A stretch of 64,000 nucleotides of DNA from an uncultured Pelagibacteraceae bacterium. Its GTDB lineage: Bacteria; Pseudomonadota; Alphaproteobacteria; Pelagibacterales; AG-422-B15. Numbering within the stretch: the stretch's first letter is position 1; each line of letters opens with the position of its first letter. Below, piece after piece: positions 40,433 through 51,238 of this stretch. The notes beneath the pieces were generated by a model. That model was not told the DNA's origin. It was given only the letters and a program-made list of their open reading frames with translations, and did not search any database. The position numbers and the translations under genes are program-made. The stretch lies in assembly GCA_902526565.1 (NCBI GenBank), contig CABZLP010000001.1, positions 133,048-197,047 of the forward strand, in the 5' to 3' direction.

Positions 40433-41353
40433 CTATATTAATCTTCTAAGTATTTGTTTTTGAACATGGAGTCTATTTGATGCCTCTTCCCAAATTCTTG
40501 AGTTTTCTCCATCTATTACTGACTCTTCAACTTCTTGAACCCTATTTGCTGGTAAGCAATGCATAAAAATACAATCTTTTTTTGCCTTACTCATTATGGA
40601 TTTTGTTACTCTAAAATCATCTAGCTCTTTAATCACATGTTCATCAGTTTCTTCACCCATAGACTGCCAGGTATCTGTCATAATTACGTCAGTCGTAGAT
40701 AAAATTTCATCATCAATTTGATCATGAACGATACTTTCTAAATTTAAGTTTTCTTTATATTCACTAATTTTAGATAGGTATAAATCTCTCGATCTGTTTG
40801 GTGAAAAAATACTGAATTTAAATCCTAAATTTTTGGAATGAGCTTCAATCCATGAATGCGCTACATTGGTTATAGGGCCAAACCAAGTAATATTTAAATT
40901 TTCTAAAGAACCTTTTTCCTCAATGATGGTCATTAGACCCGCCATGCATTGGCACGGATGAGATAAGTTTGAAAGTCCATTTATAACAGGCACATTAGAA
41001 ACTTCTAAAGTGTCCAATATGGTCTGGTGATTATTTACTCGCATTATAACTCCATCAGAATAGAGACTAAAAGTTTTGATTGTATCTGAGAGGCTTTCCT
41101 TACCACTACTCAAATGAATATCTGAGCCGTTAAGTATAATTGATGAACCACTAAGTTGTTTAACTGCGAGATCAAATGAAAGCCTTGTTCTTGTAGAATT
41201 TTTCTCAAAAAATAAAATTAAGTTTTTTCCAGACAATATTTCTTCTGAGCCTAGGTTTTGATTTTTATTTTTATTTTTATTTTCTATAGCTGAATTAAGC
41301 AATACATTAATTTCTTCAGTAGTAAAATCTTTAATATCTATAAAGTTTTTCAT
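40433..41353 (-). CDS. argF: Ornithine carbamoyltransferase
   Basis: STRTR, HPCQ, SMG, HCLP; ATGA-coupled to argD. Confidence 0.88.
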   Translation of the reverse strand: MKNFIDIKDFTTEEINVLLNSAIENKNKNKNQNLGSEEILSGKNLILFFEKNSTRTRLSFDLAVKQLSGSSIILNGSDIHLSSGKESLSDTIKTFSLYSDGVIMRVNNHQTILDTLEVSNVPVINGLSNLSHPCQCMAGLMTIIEEKGSLENLNITWFGPITNVAHSWIEAHSKNLGFKFSIFSPNRSRDLYLSKISEYKENLNLESIVHDQIDDEILSTTDVIMTDTWQSMGEETDEHVIKELDDFRVTKSIMSKAKKDCIFMHCLPANRVQEVEESVIDGENSRIWEEASNRLHVQKQILRRLI

Positions 41354-42519
41354 GATGTGAGCTCTTTGCATGTTGATCTAATTTTATCAATTGCTTCATC
41401 ACATTCTAAATTAGATAAATTTATTGGGGGAAGAAGTCTTACAACATTATCAGAGGCCTTAACCGTTAAAATGAAATTTTTACGCGCTTGTTTAACGAAA
41501 TCTTCATTATTAATGTTACATTTCAATCCTAGAATAAAACCCTTGCCTCTTATACTCTCAATAATATCTGGATAATCGCTAGCGGCTTTATTTAGGCCTG
41601 ATAACAATTTTTCAGAAACTGTGATAACTTCACTAAAAAAATTAGGAGTAGTCATCAAATCTAGTACAGCGTTGCCAACACTACATGCTAGAGGATTTCC
41701 ACCAAAGGTAGATCCATGTGATCCAAACTCCATAGCGTCACCTACCTTTTTTGAGGTTAAACATGCGCCGATTGGAAAGCCATTACCGATTGCCTTTGCT
41801 ATAGTCATTATATCTGGCTCTACGTTTGACCACTGATAAGCAAACATTTTTCCTGTTCGACCCATTCCACATTGCACTTCGTCAAAAATAAGCAAAACTT
41901 CATTTTCATCACACAATTTTCTAATTGCCTCAAGGCAAAATGTGGGGACTTCTCTCACTCCACCCTCACCTTGAATGGGTTCGATAATTACCGCTGCAGT
42001 ATTTTTATTAATTGAGCTCTTTAATAATTCATGATCACCAAACTCTAGGAACTTAAAATCATTTACGGTTGTATTAAATGTTTGCATTTTTTCTGGTCCT
42101 TGAGCTGCAAGTGCACCTATTGTTCTTCCATGAAAAGAACCACTAAAACTAATAATCTCTTTTTTTATTTTAGAGTTTTTAGTTTTGTGAAAATATCTAC
42201 GAGCAATTTTAATGCTTGCCTCTACTGCTTCTGTTCCTGAATTGCAAAAAAAAGCATAGTCTGCAAAACATAATTCACACAAACGTGAAGCTAATAATTC
42301 TTGCTCTGGAATTTGGTAAATATTTGAAAGGTGCCAAAGTTTTTCTGATTGTTCTCTCAATTTCTGATTTAAGTATGGATGTGAATAGCCAAGGGAGTTT
42401 ACTGCTATACCTGTTCCAAAATCTAAGAATTTTTTACCAGACTCATCATATAAATAACTTCCTTCGCCGTATGAGAAAATTAATTCAGATCTTGGGTATG
42501 TTGGTAATATATTGCTCAT
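41350..42519 (-). CDS. argD: Acetylornithine aminotransferase
   Basis: NSGTEA, FHGRT, FDEVQCGMGRTG, AKAIGNGFP; upstream of argF. Confidence 0.9.
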   Translation of the reverse strand: MSNILPTYPRSELIFSYGEGSYLYDESGKKFLDFGTGIAVNSLGYSHPYLNQKLREQSEKLWHLSNIYQIPEQELLASRLCELCFADYAFFCNSGTEAVEASIKIARRYFHKTKNSKIKKEIISFSGSFHGRTIGALAAQGPEKMQTFNTTVNDFKFLEFGDHELLKSSINKNTAAVIIEPIQGEGGVREVPTFCLEAIRKLCDENEVLLIFDEVQCGMGRTGKMFAYQWSNVEPDIMTIAKAIGNGFPIGACLTSKKVGDAMEFGSHGSTFGGNPLACSVGNAVLDLMTTPNFFSEVITVSEKLLSGLNKAASDYPDIIESIRGKGFILGLKCNINNEDFVKQARKNFILTVKASDNVVRLLPPINLSNLECDEAIDKIRSTCKELTS

Positions 42520-42520
42520 T

Positions 42521-43288
42521 TTATGCTCTTAATTTATATCCACTTTTTAACATTACGTAATTAATAACTATTAGTGATATCAGCACCATAATTAAGATAA
42601 TAAGTGCATGTAAAATTGAAGCGTCACTTGCACCAATAAATCCATATCTAAAACCGTCTATCATATAAAAGAAAGGGTTCGCAAGGCTAGCTTTTTGAAT
42701 TACATTTGGTAAAACAGTAATAGAATAGAAAGTACCTGATAAAAAAGATAATGGTACAATAACAAAATTTCCAATTGTACCAAGATGATCCCACTTCTCA
42801 GCCCATATACCAGATATCATTCCAATCAAGGACATGATTGCGGATGCAAGCAAAGCAAATGATAAAATTATCCATAAATTATAAATTCCAACTTCAATAA
42901 ATGGCATCATTACCAAAGCGCATGCAATAGCAGAAAATAATCCCCTTGTAATTCCTGCAAGTGTAAACGCGACAATAATTTCGACATGACTTAATGGTGG
43001 CATTAGCAAATCAACAATATTTCCCTGTACTTTTGACATTAAGATTGATGATGAATTATTCATGAAAGCATTTTGAATGATAGTCATCATAATTAATCCT
43101 GGAAAAAGAAAGCTTTTGAAATTTTCTAAGGGATAATCTATTCTCACAGAACCTATAGCAGTCGTAAATATAACCAGGAATAACAAGCTTGTTAAAGCTG
43201 GAGCAGCAATTGTTTGCAATGGAATTTTTGTAAACCTTTGAACTTCTTTTGTGTAAAGAGTTAAAAATCCGACAGGGTTATAATTCAT
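42521..43288 (-). CDS. ABC-2 type permease (YadH-like)
   Basis: KEVQRF, PGLIMM, PLSFLSGTFYS, NPFFYMIDGFRYG. Confidence 0.85.
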   Translation of the reverse strand: MNYNPVGFLTLYTKEVQRFTKIPLQTIAAPALTSLLFLVIFTTAIGSVRIDYPLENFKSFLFPGLIMMTIIQNAFMNNSSSILMSKVQGNIVDLLMPPLSHVEIIVAFTLAGITRGLFSAIACALVMMPFIEVGIYNLWIILSFALLASAIMSLIGMISGIWAEKWDHLGTIGNFVIVPLSFLSGTFYSITVLPNVIQKASLANPFFYMIDGFRYGFIGASDASILHALIILIMVLISLIVINYVMLKSGYKLRA

Positions 43289-43478
43289 AGCGACTATTTA
43301 AATACATTTCAAAAAATGTCATTAATATTTGAATTTGAGAAAGAGCACTATTTACTTGAAAATCAATGAAAATTAATTTCTGCCCACATAATATTTAAAA
43401 ATAAATCTACATTTAGTATATTTATATTGAATTTAATCAAAATGTAGTGGTAAAATTCTCTTTATTAAGGAGAATTTT

Positions 43479-43937
43479 ATGTCTTGGACTTATGAAAGAG
43501 TAGAAAAACTAAGACAATTGTGGGACGAAGGTCTTACAGCTAGCCGGATTGCAACAGAATTAGGTAATGTAACTAGAAATGCTGTAATTGGTAAGGCTCA
43601 TCGACTTGGCTTGTCTGGAAGAATGGTGTCAAAAAAATCTAATGGTGGCGTATCAATCATAAGAAAAAAAAGAGTTAAAGTAGCTATTGGTCATAAAGTG
43701 ATTGATATCTCTCCTATTATTGACGAACCAATGAATCCAACTCCCTTTCAGGATATAAGGGATGGACTATGTAGATGGCCTCTTGGTGAACCTGAAGCAA
43801 CTGATTTTAAGTTTTGTGGCAGAACTACTAAAGAAGGAATAGTTTATTGCCAGTCACACTATAAACAGGCTTACCAACCAATAAGTAAAGTTCGTGAGAG
43901 AAGAAAAGCTAAAAAAAAGTTTAGGTTCACAAATTAA
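43479..43937 (+). CDS. gcrA: GcrA cell cycle regulator
   Basis: MSWT.ERVE.L..LW.EG, TRNAVIGKAHRLGL, CRWPLGEP...FCG...YC..H; SD AAGGAG. Confidence 0.93.
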   Translation: MSWTYERVEKLRQLWDEGLTASRIATELGNVTRNAVIGKAHRLGLSGRMVSKKSNGGVSIIRKKRVKVAIGHKVIDISPIIDEPMNPTPFQDIRDGLCRWPLGEPEATDFKFCGRTTKEGIVYCQSHYKQAYQPISKVRERRKAKKKFRFTN

Positions 43938-44017
43938 ATACTTAGTAAAAAACTAAAGCCAAATGAAAAAAATAACAAAATTATTATTACACATATAACA
44001 GCATTAATTAGGCTCAT
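43934..44017 (-). CDS. Candidate 27-aa hydrophobic small protein MSLINAVICVIIILLFFSFGFSFLLSI
   Basis: Read by hand; stop overlaps the gcrA stop (TTAA). Confidence 0.3.
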   Translation of the reverse strand: MSLINAVICVIIILLFFSFGFSFLLSI

Positions 44018-44134
44018 TTATTAATTTGCTTTCTCATAACTCGGAATTTAGGGTTCGTTTTTTTTATTTTATCTTTTATATCTTTAATTGTCGCTTACAT
44101 TCTAACGTACCTCTCTGCTACAGTAGTATAGCTC

Positions 44135-45016
44135 TCATAGTGATATTTTAACGATATTTTCTTTTTTAATCATATAATATGAGTGCAAAAATATAATCAG
44201 TATAATTGATATTCCTCCAATCAAGGTTTTCTGGGTAGGTTCTTCAAATAAAAATATCCATACCCACAAAGGTCCTAGTGAAGTTTCAAGGAGAAAAAAT
44301 ATACCAACTTCTGGAGAACTAATATATTGAGGCGCTATACTAATAAATACAAATGACACTCCCACAGTTATAATCATTAGAGAAATCAATAATAAATCAT
44401 GAAATCCAATGACAAACGCAGAAACAAAAAATCCTGATAGAAAAGCAGTAGCTAATTTACCAATAATATATGAGGGTACAAAATTTATTTTAGGCGACCT
44501 TCTCATTACTGTTAGGCTAGCTCCAACAAAAATAGCACATAATAGCCCGTAGAAGTCGCCTAAATATTTATTAAGTTCATATGATTCATAAAAGATATAA
44601 ATCACAGCTATCAAACATCCAAAAGAACATATCCATGTAATTATTTCAGGCTTTTCATTTAAAAAAATGAAGGAAAAAATTGCTGAAATAATTGGGACTA
44701 AACTAATCATGATGAGAGCATTTGCTACATCAGTATTCGCAAGCGCCATCACAAAAGATATATTGGCTCCAAGAACAAGCAGTGCATTTATGAGGCCTGG
44801 CAAACCGATACTCTTAAAGTCATCTAAGGCTCTATGATTAAAAAAAATAAAATATCCCATTAAGAGAGCAAGTCCTGGTAAAAGTGAACGGTAAAATAAA
44901 AGATCCCATGTTTCTAAACTCACAGATCTAATAATGAGCGCATCTGGAGTAATAATCATGACGCCTATAAAGGCAAGTAACGTTCCTTTTTGTTTATTTG
45001 ATAATTTTTTAAACAT
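44135..45016 (-). CDS. DMT/EamA family transporter
   Basis: About 10 TM; TPD, LLETSLGPLWVW...E.P motifs. Confidence 0.85.
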   Translation of the reverse strand: MFKKLSNKQKGTLLAFIGVMIITPDALIIRSVSLETWDLLFYRSLLPGLALLMGYFIFFNHRALDDFKSIGLPGLINALLVLGANISFVMALANTDVANALIMISLVPIISAIFSFIFLNEKPEIITWICSFGCLIAVIYIFYESYELNKYLGDFYGLLCAIFVGASLTVMRRSPKINFVPSYIIGKLATAFLSGFFVSAFVIGFHDLLLISLMIITVGVSFVFISIAPQYISSPEVGIFFLLETSLGPLWVWIFLFEEPTQKTLIGGISIILIIFLHSYYMIKKENIVKISL

Positions 45017-45025
45017 AATATTTTT

Positions 45026-45102
45026 TGGTGCGCCGGGAGAGATTCGAACTCCCGACCCCCAGATTCGTAGTCTGGTGCTCTATCCAGCTGAGCCACCGGC
45101 GC
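45026..45102 (-). tRNA. tRNA-Arg(ACG)
   Basis: GCGCCGGTGGCTCAGCTGGATAGAGCACCAGACTACGAATCTGGGGGTCGGGAGTTCGAATCTCTCCCGGCGCACCA: 77 nt, full cloverleaf, encoded CCA. Confidence 0.97.
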
Positions 45103-45140
45103 ATGTAGAATTATTTATAAGCTACTCTTTTATTAATAAA

Positions 45141-45830
45141 CTAAAATCTTTTTTTAATAAATTTATAAATAACTGGAATTATAACAATTACACTAATTAA
45201 AAGAACTGGAAGCAAATACTCTACTTTAAGAATATCTTCACTAGAGAAACTTTGTGTATCTACTATATTTTGAATGCCATTTCCAATACTAACAAGAATA
45301 TATGCCCAGGGGATTACCCCAAATATAGTTGCAATAAAGTAGTCTCTTAATTTCATGTCCAATACTGCGGGAAGTAAATTCTGTATTCCAAAAGGTACTC
45401 CCCCAATTACTCTTATAAAAAGAAGATAACTTATTGCATTGCGATTAAAGCCCTCTTTAAACTTATCAAATCTTGAACCAAACTGTCTCAGAATATATTC
45501 TTTAAAGAAATACCGTGCATAAACAAATACAACCATAGCCCCGATCACTTCTCCTATGATTGCAATGATCAATCCAATGTATATGCCAAAGTAGAAACCT
45601 GCCAAAATACATACAGGTGTAATTGGTCCCATAATTGAAATCATCAGCGCTATAATCAATGCACAGAGAAATACGGATAAAACGGGATTTGCAATAATAT
45701 AATCTTGTATTAAACCATGCTGATTAATTAAAAATTCCATTGATATGGGGTTATATTTGCCAAGTAAATATAGAACACTCACAAATAAGGAGATGCCAAT
45801 GATGGTGTTTATTATCTTGTTTTTGAACAT
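45141..45830 (-). CDS. TVP38/TMEM64 (VTT/DedA) family membrane protein
   Basis: AGFYFG, LFIRVIGGVPF..QN, ATIFGVIP. Confidence 0.8.
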   Translation of the reverse strand: MFKNKIINTIIGISLFVSVLYLLGKYNPISMEFLINQHGLIQDYIIANPVLSVFLCALIIALMISIMGPITPVCILAGFYFGIYIGLIIAIIGEVIGAMVVFVYARYFFKEYILRQFGSRFDKFKEGFNRNAISYLLFIRVIGGVPFGIQNLLPAVLDMKLRDYFIATIFGVIPWAYILVSIGNGIQNIVDTQSFSSEDILKVEYLLPVLLISVIVIIPVIYKFIKKRF

Positions 45831-45853
45831 TTAACTTAATTAATGAATATTAA

Positions 45854-45882
45854 TTGACTATATAATGAATGCAATTTATAAG
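45854..45882 (+). promoter_or_regulatory. Sigma70-type promoter of the rpmH operon
   Basis: TTGACT-N17-TATAAG, 32 nt upstream of the rpmH ATG. Confidence 0.6.
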
Positions 45883-45914
45883 CCATTTCACAAATTCAAT
45901 CTAATTAATTTATT

Positions 45915-46049
45915 ATGAAAAGAACGTTTCAGCCCAGTAATCTAGTAAAGAAAAGACGACACGGTTTTAGAGCCCGGTCTGCTACTAAAGATGGTCGTAT
46001 AATCTTGGCTAGACGTCGCTCTAAAGGTAGAAAAGTTCTTTCAGCCTAA
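45915..46049 (+). CDS. rpmH: 50S ribosomal protein L34 (not in ORF track)
   Basis: [44 protein letters not shown]; upstream of rnpA. Confidence 0.97.
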   Translation: MKRTFQPSNLVKKRRHGFRARSATKDGRIILARRRSKGRKVLSA

Positions 46050-46063
46050 ATAATCAATCCATC

Positions 46064-46396
46064 ATGAAAAGTCTAGTTACACTTAAATCCTCTAAGGATT
46101 TTCTAGAGGCTAAAAAAGGTCTATTTTATCGGAGTAGATCCTTTCTTTTACAAGCATTTGAGGTTAAGAATAGCAATGAAATTAAGGTTGGTTATACCGT
46201 CTCAAAACAAAATGGAAATGCGGTAGTACGTAATAAAATTAAAAGAAGATTAAGGGTGCTAGCAAATACAGTATTAGCGAACTATGGCATTAAAAAATGG
46301 AATTATGTCATCATTGGAAAAAAAAATGCAATGGTTGAAGATTTTGAAAAATTAGAAAATGAAATGCTTACAGCATTAAAAAAAATACACAGATAA
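46064..46396 (+). CDS. rnpA: Ribonuclease P protein component
   Basis: [21 protein letters not shown] (RNR motif). Confidence 0.93.
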   Translation: MKSLVTLKSSKDFLEAKKGLFYRSRSFLLQAFEVKNSNEIKVGYTVSKQNGNAVVRNKIKRRLRVLANTVLANYGIKKWNYVIIGKKNAMVEDFEKLENEMLTALKKIHR

Positions 46397-46400
46397 TTTT

Positions 46401-46640
46401 ATGATAAAATATTTTTTTCTATTCTTAATTACCATTTATCAAAGGTTAATCTCACCTTATTTTCCAAGTTCATGTCGTTTTATACCAACATGCTCTGAAT
46501 ATACAAAAGAAGCTATTCAATATCACGGTGCACTCAAAGGAACATACCTTGGAATTAAAAGAATTAGCAAGTGCCATCCGATAAAATTTCTTGGTGGCTC
46601 TGAGGGATATGATCCAGTACCGAAGGAAAGAAATAAGTAA
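46401..46640 (+). CDS. yidD: Membrane protein insertion efficiency factor
   Basis: YQ..ISP...[13 protein letters not shown]...GYDPVP. Confidence 0.95.
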   Translation: MIKYFFLFLITIYQRLISPYFPSSCRFIPTCSEYTKEAIQYHGALKGTYLGIKRISKCHPIKFLGGSEGYDPVPKERNK

Positions 46641-48362
46641 ATGGAAAGCAGAAACTTAATTTTTGCGATAATTCTCTCAATTGGAGTACTTTTCATATGG
46701 AGTTTCTTTTTTGAAGCTCCTGAGCAGCAAAATTTAGATGAGTTTAGTCTTGATGAAGAAGTATCTGAAGTTAACTCAGACGAACTAGACATGGAAGCGA
46801 TAGCCGAGATTGAAGGCTCACTTGGTATAGATAATGGAAATACTATTGATTTGAGTGAAGCCCTAAACAAAGATCAAAGAGTTAGTATAAATACTCAGAG
46901 TATTTCTGGTTCAATTAATTTAAAAGGTCTTAAAATCGATGATATTGTTTTAAAAAAATATAATGAAACACAGGAAGAAAAATCAGATAATATTAGAGTT
47001 CTTCAACCCTTAGATACCTTTAACGGATACGAGGTAACTTTCGGATGGATAAAAAATCAAGATGCTACATTCGAAACACCGAATGCTGAAACAGTTTGGA
47101 AAATCAAAAATGATGTTTCAGTTTTAGATACTTCAAATGAAGTTGAATTTGAATGGTCAAATAAAACCGGACAAACCTTTATCACAAGCATAACCCTTGA
47201 TGAAGATTACATGTTCGATGTCACTCAAAAAGTCATCAATGACTCCACTGATAATATAGTTATTAACAATGCAAGCAAAGTAACTCGGAAACAATCACCA
47301 TCTTTATCAGGAATGTTTATTCTTCACGAAGGATTGCTTGGGGTTCTCAAAGAAAAACTTGAACTTATCGACTATAGTGATTTGAAAGATGATCAAGAAA
47401 CACTTAATTTTGAAAGTGATAATGGCTGGGTTGGTATAACTGATAAATACTGGCTGGCTGCATTGATACCTGATCAAGAAAAATCTTTCAAAGCCATTTA
47501 TACGTATGACAATGGCTATATTGCTTATTATAGATCTTTAAACGCTACGAATGTGCCCGGTGGTGAAACGCATACCGTTGATAGTCAAATTTTTATTGGA
47601 GCCAAAGAAGCTAAATTAATTGATAGATACAAAGAAGATTATGGCATCTATAATTTCGATCTTGCCATTGATTGGGGTTGGTTTTACTTCCTAACTAAAC
47701 CATTGTTTAATGTTATTTACTTCTTCTCTCAATTGTCAGGTAATTTCGGCTTAGCTATTATTTACCTAACAGTCATAACAAGAATAGTCTTTTTCCCACT
47801 TGCAAACTGGTCATTCGTTTCAATGGCAAAAATGAAAATGCTTCAACCAGAAATGACTCGAATAAAAGATCTCTATAAAGATGATAGAACCCAACAACAA
47901 CAGGCGTTGATGGCATTATACAAAAAAGAAAAAGTGAATCCGATATCAGGATGTTTACCTATACTGATTCAAATCCCTTTCTTCTTTGCGATTTACAAAA
48001 TGCTTTTTGTGTCAATTGAAATGAGGCATGCGCCTTTTTATGGTTGGATTCAAGACTTGGCAGCAAAGGATCCCACAACTATCTTTAATTTATTTGGCTT
48101 AATTCCCTGGGATCCCCCTTCTTTTATGATTATTGGCATTTGGCCAGTATTGATGGGTGTCACAATGTATATTCAACAAAAATTAAACCCAGCACCACCT
48201 GATCCAATTCAAGCAAGAATATTTATGTTTTTTCCATTTTTCATAACAGTTCTACTGGCACAATTTGCAGCTGGACTAGTGATTTATTGGACTACGAATA
48301 ACATTCTTTCAATCATCCAGCAGTGGATTATTACTAAAAGAACCACAATAAAAACAAATTAA
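46641..48362 (+). CDS. yidC: Membrane protein insertase YidC
   Basis: AIDWGWF, GCLPILIQIP, GLVIYW. Confidence 0.96.
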   Translation: MESRNLIFAIILSIGVLFIWSFFFEAPEQQNLDEFSLDEEVSEVNSDELDMEAIAEIEGSLGIDNGNTIDLSEALNKDQRVSINTQSISGSINLKGLKIDDIVLKKYNETQEEKSDNIRVLQPLDTFNGYEVTFGWIKNQDATFETPNAETVWKIKNDVSVLDTSNEVEFEWSNKTGQTFITSITLDEDYMFDVTQKVINDSTDNIVINNASKVTRKQSPSLSGMFILHEGLLGVLKEKLELIDYSDLKDDQETLNFESDNGWVGITDKYWLAALIPDQEKSFKAIYTYDNGYIAYYRSLNATNVPGGETHTVDSQIFIGAKEAKLIDRYKEDYGIYNFDLAIDWGWFYFLTKPLFNVIYFFSQLSGNFGLAIIYLTVITRIVFFPLANWSFVSMAKMKMLQPEMTRIKDLYKDDRTQQQQALMALYKKEKVNPISGCLPILIQIPFFFAIYKMLFVSIEMRHAPFYGWIQDLAAKDPTTIFNLFGLIPWDPPSFMIIGIWPVLMGVTMYIQQKLNPAPPDPIQARIFMFFPFFITVLLAQFAAGLVIYWTTNNILSIIQQWIITKRTTIKTN

Positions 48363-48366
48363 TAAA

Positions 48367-49254
48367 ATGTCTCTTCAAAATAATCAGCCTGAAAGCAAAG
48401 AGCTTTTAGAAAAATATTGGATATCTGGTAAAAAATTCCATACCAAAACTTTTTACTTTATAAGAAAATATCAGAATAAAATTATCGTTATAAAGTATGG
48501 AGGATACGCTCTGACTAAACCTGCACTTTTAAAATCATTTGCAAAAAATATATCCTTATTAAATCAATTGGGTATTAAAGTTATTGTAGTTCACGGTGGT
48601 GGTCCTCAAATAGAAAAAGAATTGAAAAAAAGAAAAATTAATAATGAAGAGTATCAAGGATTAAGGGTGACTACAAAAAGTGTGCTTGGAGTTGTCAAAA
48701 GAATTTTGTCTCACGATTTGAATAAACTAATATCTGATGAAATCAAAAAAAATGGGGGTAAAACAAAAAGATTTAATGGAGTGAGCTCTAAAGTGCTCAA
48801 TGCAAAAATAGCAATGAATGGTAATATTGGTTTCGTGGGGGAGCCAAGAGGTATTGATAAAAATATAATAATGAAAGCCCTAAAAAGTAATCATATTCCC
48901 ATTATCGCACCACTTGGAATTGATACAAATAAAAATACCTTGAATATTAACGCAGACACAGCAGCCGCTTACATCGCTGAGTCAGTAAAAGCTGAGAGGT
49001 TATTGCTTTTAACCGATGTAGCAGGAGTGCTGGATAACAATAAGAAATTGATAACAGAGCTCGATCGTAAAAAAGCATTTCAATACATAAAAAAAGGCAC
49101 TATAAAAAGCGGTATGATACCTAAGATCAAAGCATGCTTTAATACCTTAAAAAATGGTGCAAAAGGGGTCGCCTTAATTGATGGGAGAAAACAAAACGCT
49201 GTTGCCATGGAGCTCCTAACAACGCAAGGAGCAGGCACATTAATAAAAAAGTAA
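48367..49254 (+). CDS. argB: Acetylglutamate kinase
   Basis: [30 protein letters not shown]. Confidence 0.92.
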   Translation: MSLQNNQPESKELLEKYWISGKKFHTKTFYFIRKYQNKIIVIKYGGYALTKPALLKSFAKNISLLNQLGIKVIVVHGGGPQIEKELKKRKINNEEYQGLRVTTKSVLGVVKRILSHDLNKLISDEIKKNGGKTKRFNGVSSKVLNAKIAMNGNIGFVGEPRGIDKNIIMKALKSNHIPIIAPLGIDTNKNTLNINADTAAAYIAESVKAERLLLLTDVAGVLDNNKKLITELDRKKAFQYIKKGTIKSGMIPKIKACFNTLKNGAKGVALIDGRKQNAVAMELLTTQGAGTLIKK

Positions 49255-49258
49255 ACTT

Positions 49259-50083
49259 ATGAGTGAAAATCAAAAATTAAAAGAGAGTATTGAAAGCGCT
49301 TGGGAGAATATAGCAAACTTATCACCAAGTGATACGGATGTTTCTCAAGCAGTAGATCAAGTAATTAAGAAACTAGACAGTGGTGAGCTCCGAATTGCTG
49401 AAAAAGTTCATAATCAGTGGACTGTAAATCAATGGTTAAAAAAAGCTGTTCTTATTTCATTCAGGATTAATGAAAATACAATCCTCAGAGGCCCCTACAC
49501 ATCATGGTTTGACAAAGTCAAAGGCAAAACCGTTGATTGGGATGAAGATCAATGGAAAGCAGCCGGGTATCGACACGTGCCCAATGGAACAGTACGAGAG
49601 GGTTCATTTATTGGCAAGGGAGTTGTCTTGATGCCTTCATTTGTAAACATTGGCGCATATATTGACGAAGGAACTATGGTTGATACATGGGCAACTGTAG
49701 GTTCATGCGCTCAGATCGGCAAAAATTGTCATCTCTCAGGGGGGGTTGGCATCGGTGGTGTCCTTGAACCTCTACAAGCAAATCCAGTAATAATTGAAGA
49801 TAATTGTTTTGTAGGTGCTCGAGCGGAGGTTGCAGAGGGTGTAATTGTTCGAGAAGGGTCAGTTTTGTCTATGGGTGTTTATCTCGGCGCCTCCACAAAA
49901 ATAGTTAATCGTGCAACTGGTGAGATACTGTTTGGTGAAGTTCCTGCATACTCTGTCGTTGTTCCTGGGACAATGCCAAATGAAGATCCAACAAAACCGA
50001 GTCTTTATTGTGTAGTCATTGTTAAAACAGTTGATGAAAATACAAGAAAAAAAACCTCCATTAATGATCTTTTAAGAGAGTAA
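49259..50083 (+). CDS. dapD: Tetrahydrodipicolinate N-succinyltransferase
   Basis: [33 protein letters not shown]. Confidence 0.96.
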   Translation: MSENQKLKESIESAWENIANLSPSDTDVSQAVDQVIKKLDSGELRIAEKVHNQWTVNQWLKKAVLISFRINENTILRGPYTSWFDKVKGKTVDWDEDQWKAAGYRHVPNGTVREGSFIGKGVVLMPSFVNIGAYIDEGTMVDTWATVGSCAQIGKNCHLSGGVGIGGVLEPLQANPVIIEDNCFVGARAEVAEGVIVREGSVLSMGVYLGASTKIVNRATGEILFGEVPAYSVVVPGTMPNEDPTKPSLYCVVIVKTVDENTRKKTSINDLLRE

Positions 50084-50089
50084 AGTATT

Positions 50090-51235
50090 ATGGAAGTTAT
50101 TGAATTAACAAAGGCACTGATATCTTGTCAGAGTGTGACCCCTAAAAATGATGGTGTATTAGATTTACTTGAAAAAGAGTTATCAAACATTGGTTTTGAT
50201 TGTAAGCGATACTTATTTAGCGATAGTAATACCCCAGATGTAGATAATCTTTATGCTAAAATTGGAAATGGCGCACCTCATATCTGTTTTGGTGGACATA
50301 CTGATGTTGTTCCAGTTGGCGATCTAAACGCATGGAGCTGTGATCCGTTTAATGCAACTGAAAAAGATGGAAAAGTATACGGCCGTGGAGCAAGCGACAT
50401 GAAGTCTGCAATTGCTGCATTTGTTTGCGCTGTGAAAGATTACATTAATAATAATGAACTTAAAGGCACAATAAGTCTACTAATAACTAATGATGAAGAA
50501 GGGCCTGCAATAAATGGCACTAAAAAAGTATTAGAGGAAATATATAACAATGGAGAAAAAATTGACTCATGTATTGTTGGTGAACCAACTTGTCCTAGTA
50601 AATTGGGTGAAATGGTTAAAATTGGAAGAAGAGGAAGCTTTACAGCTAAAATAAGTATCACTGGTAAACAAGGTCATGTCGCATATCCTCAATGGACACT
50701 GAATCCAATCGACTCTCTCACTAAAATTTTAAATAATATAATTAGTTTAGAATTAGATAAGGGGACTGAAGAGTTCCCACCTTCAAACGTAGAAATTGTT
50801 AAAATAAATTCAAGTGATGGCGCTTCAAATGTTGTGCCTCAAAGTGCAGAAGGTACGTTTAATATAAGATATAATATTAAGCATAGTAAGGAGAGTTTAA
50901 TAAAAACTATTGATACAATTATCAGTGAACAAGTTAAAAATACTAATTATGTATCCAATGTTGAATATAATAATTCAGCAGAACCCTTTCTCACTAATAT
51001 GGGAAATTTTACAGAAATTATAAAAAGTTCGTCTGATGAAATTACTGGCTTAAGTGCAGAACTTACAACAACAGGGGGTACTTCCGATGCAAGGTTTTTT
51101 AAAGATTATTGTGAGGTTGCAGAATTTGGCCTCATAGGTGAAACAGCTCACCAAATAGATGAACATGTAAAATTGCAAGATATAGAAAATCTAAAAGAAA
51201 TTTATTTACTTGTTTTAAAAAAATATTTTAGTTAG
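50090..51235 (+). CDS. dapE: Succinyl-diaminopimelate desuccinylase
   Basis: GHTDVVP, GRGASDMK, DEEG, GRRGS, GGTSDARF. Confidence 0.95.
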   Translation: MEVIELTKALISCQSVTPKNDGVLDLLEKELSNIGFDCKRYLFSDSNTPDVDNLYAKIGNGAPHICFGGHTDVVPVGDLNAWSCDPFNATEKDGKVYGRGASDMKSAIAAFVCAVKDYINNNELKGTISLLITNDEEGPAINGTKKVLEEIYNNGEKIDSCIVGEPTCPSKLGEMVKIGRRGSFTAKISITGKQGHVAYPQWTLNPIDSLTKILNNIISLELDKGTEEFPPSNVEIVKINSSDGASNVVPQSAEGTFNIRYNIKHSKESLIKTIDTIISEQVKNTNYVSNVEYNNSAEPFLTNMGNFTEIIKSSSDEITGLSAELTTTGGTSDARFFKDYCEVAEFGLIGETAHQIDEHVKLQDIENLKEIYLLVLKKYFS

Positions 51236-51238
51236 ATA

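Noticed and set aside
45017-45140. tRNA-Arg as an island integration site
   Set aside because: No integrase, no duplicated tRNA 3' end and no compositional shift seen
44934-45200. 88-aa plus-strand ORF containing GAPGEIRTPDPQIRSLVLYPAE
   Set aside because: It is the antisense translation of tRNA-Arg
45831-45914. Replication origin near rpmH
   Set aside because: No dnaA gene, no TTATCCACA boxes, and the gap is only 84 nt
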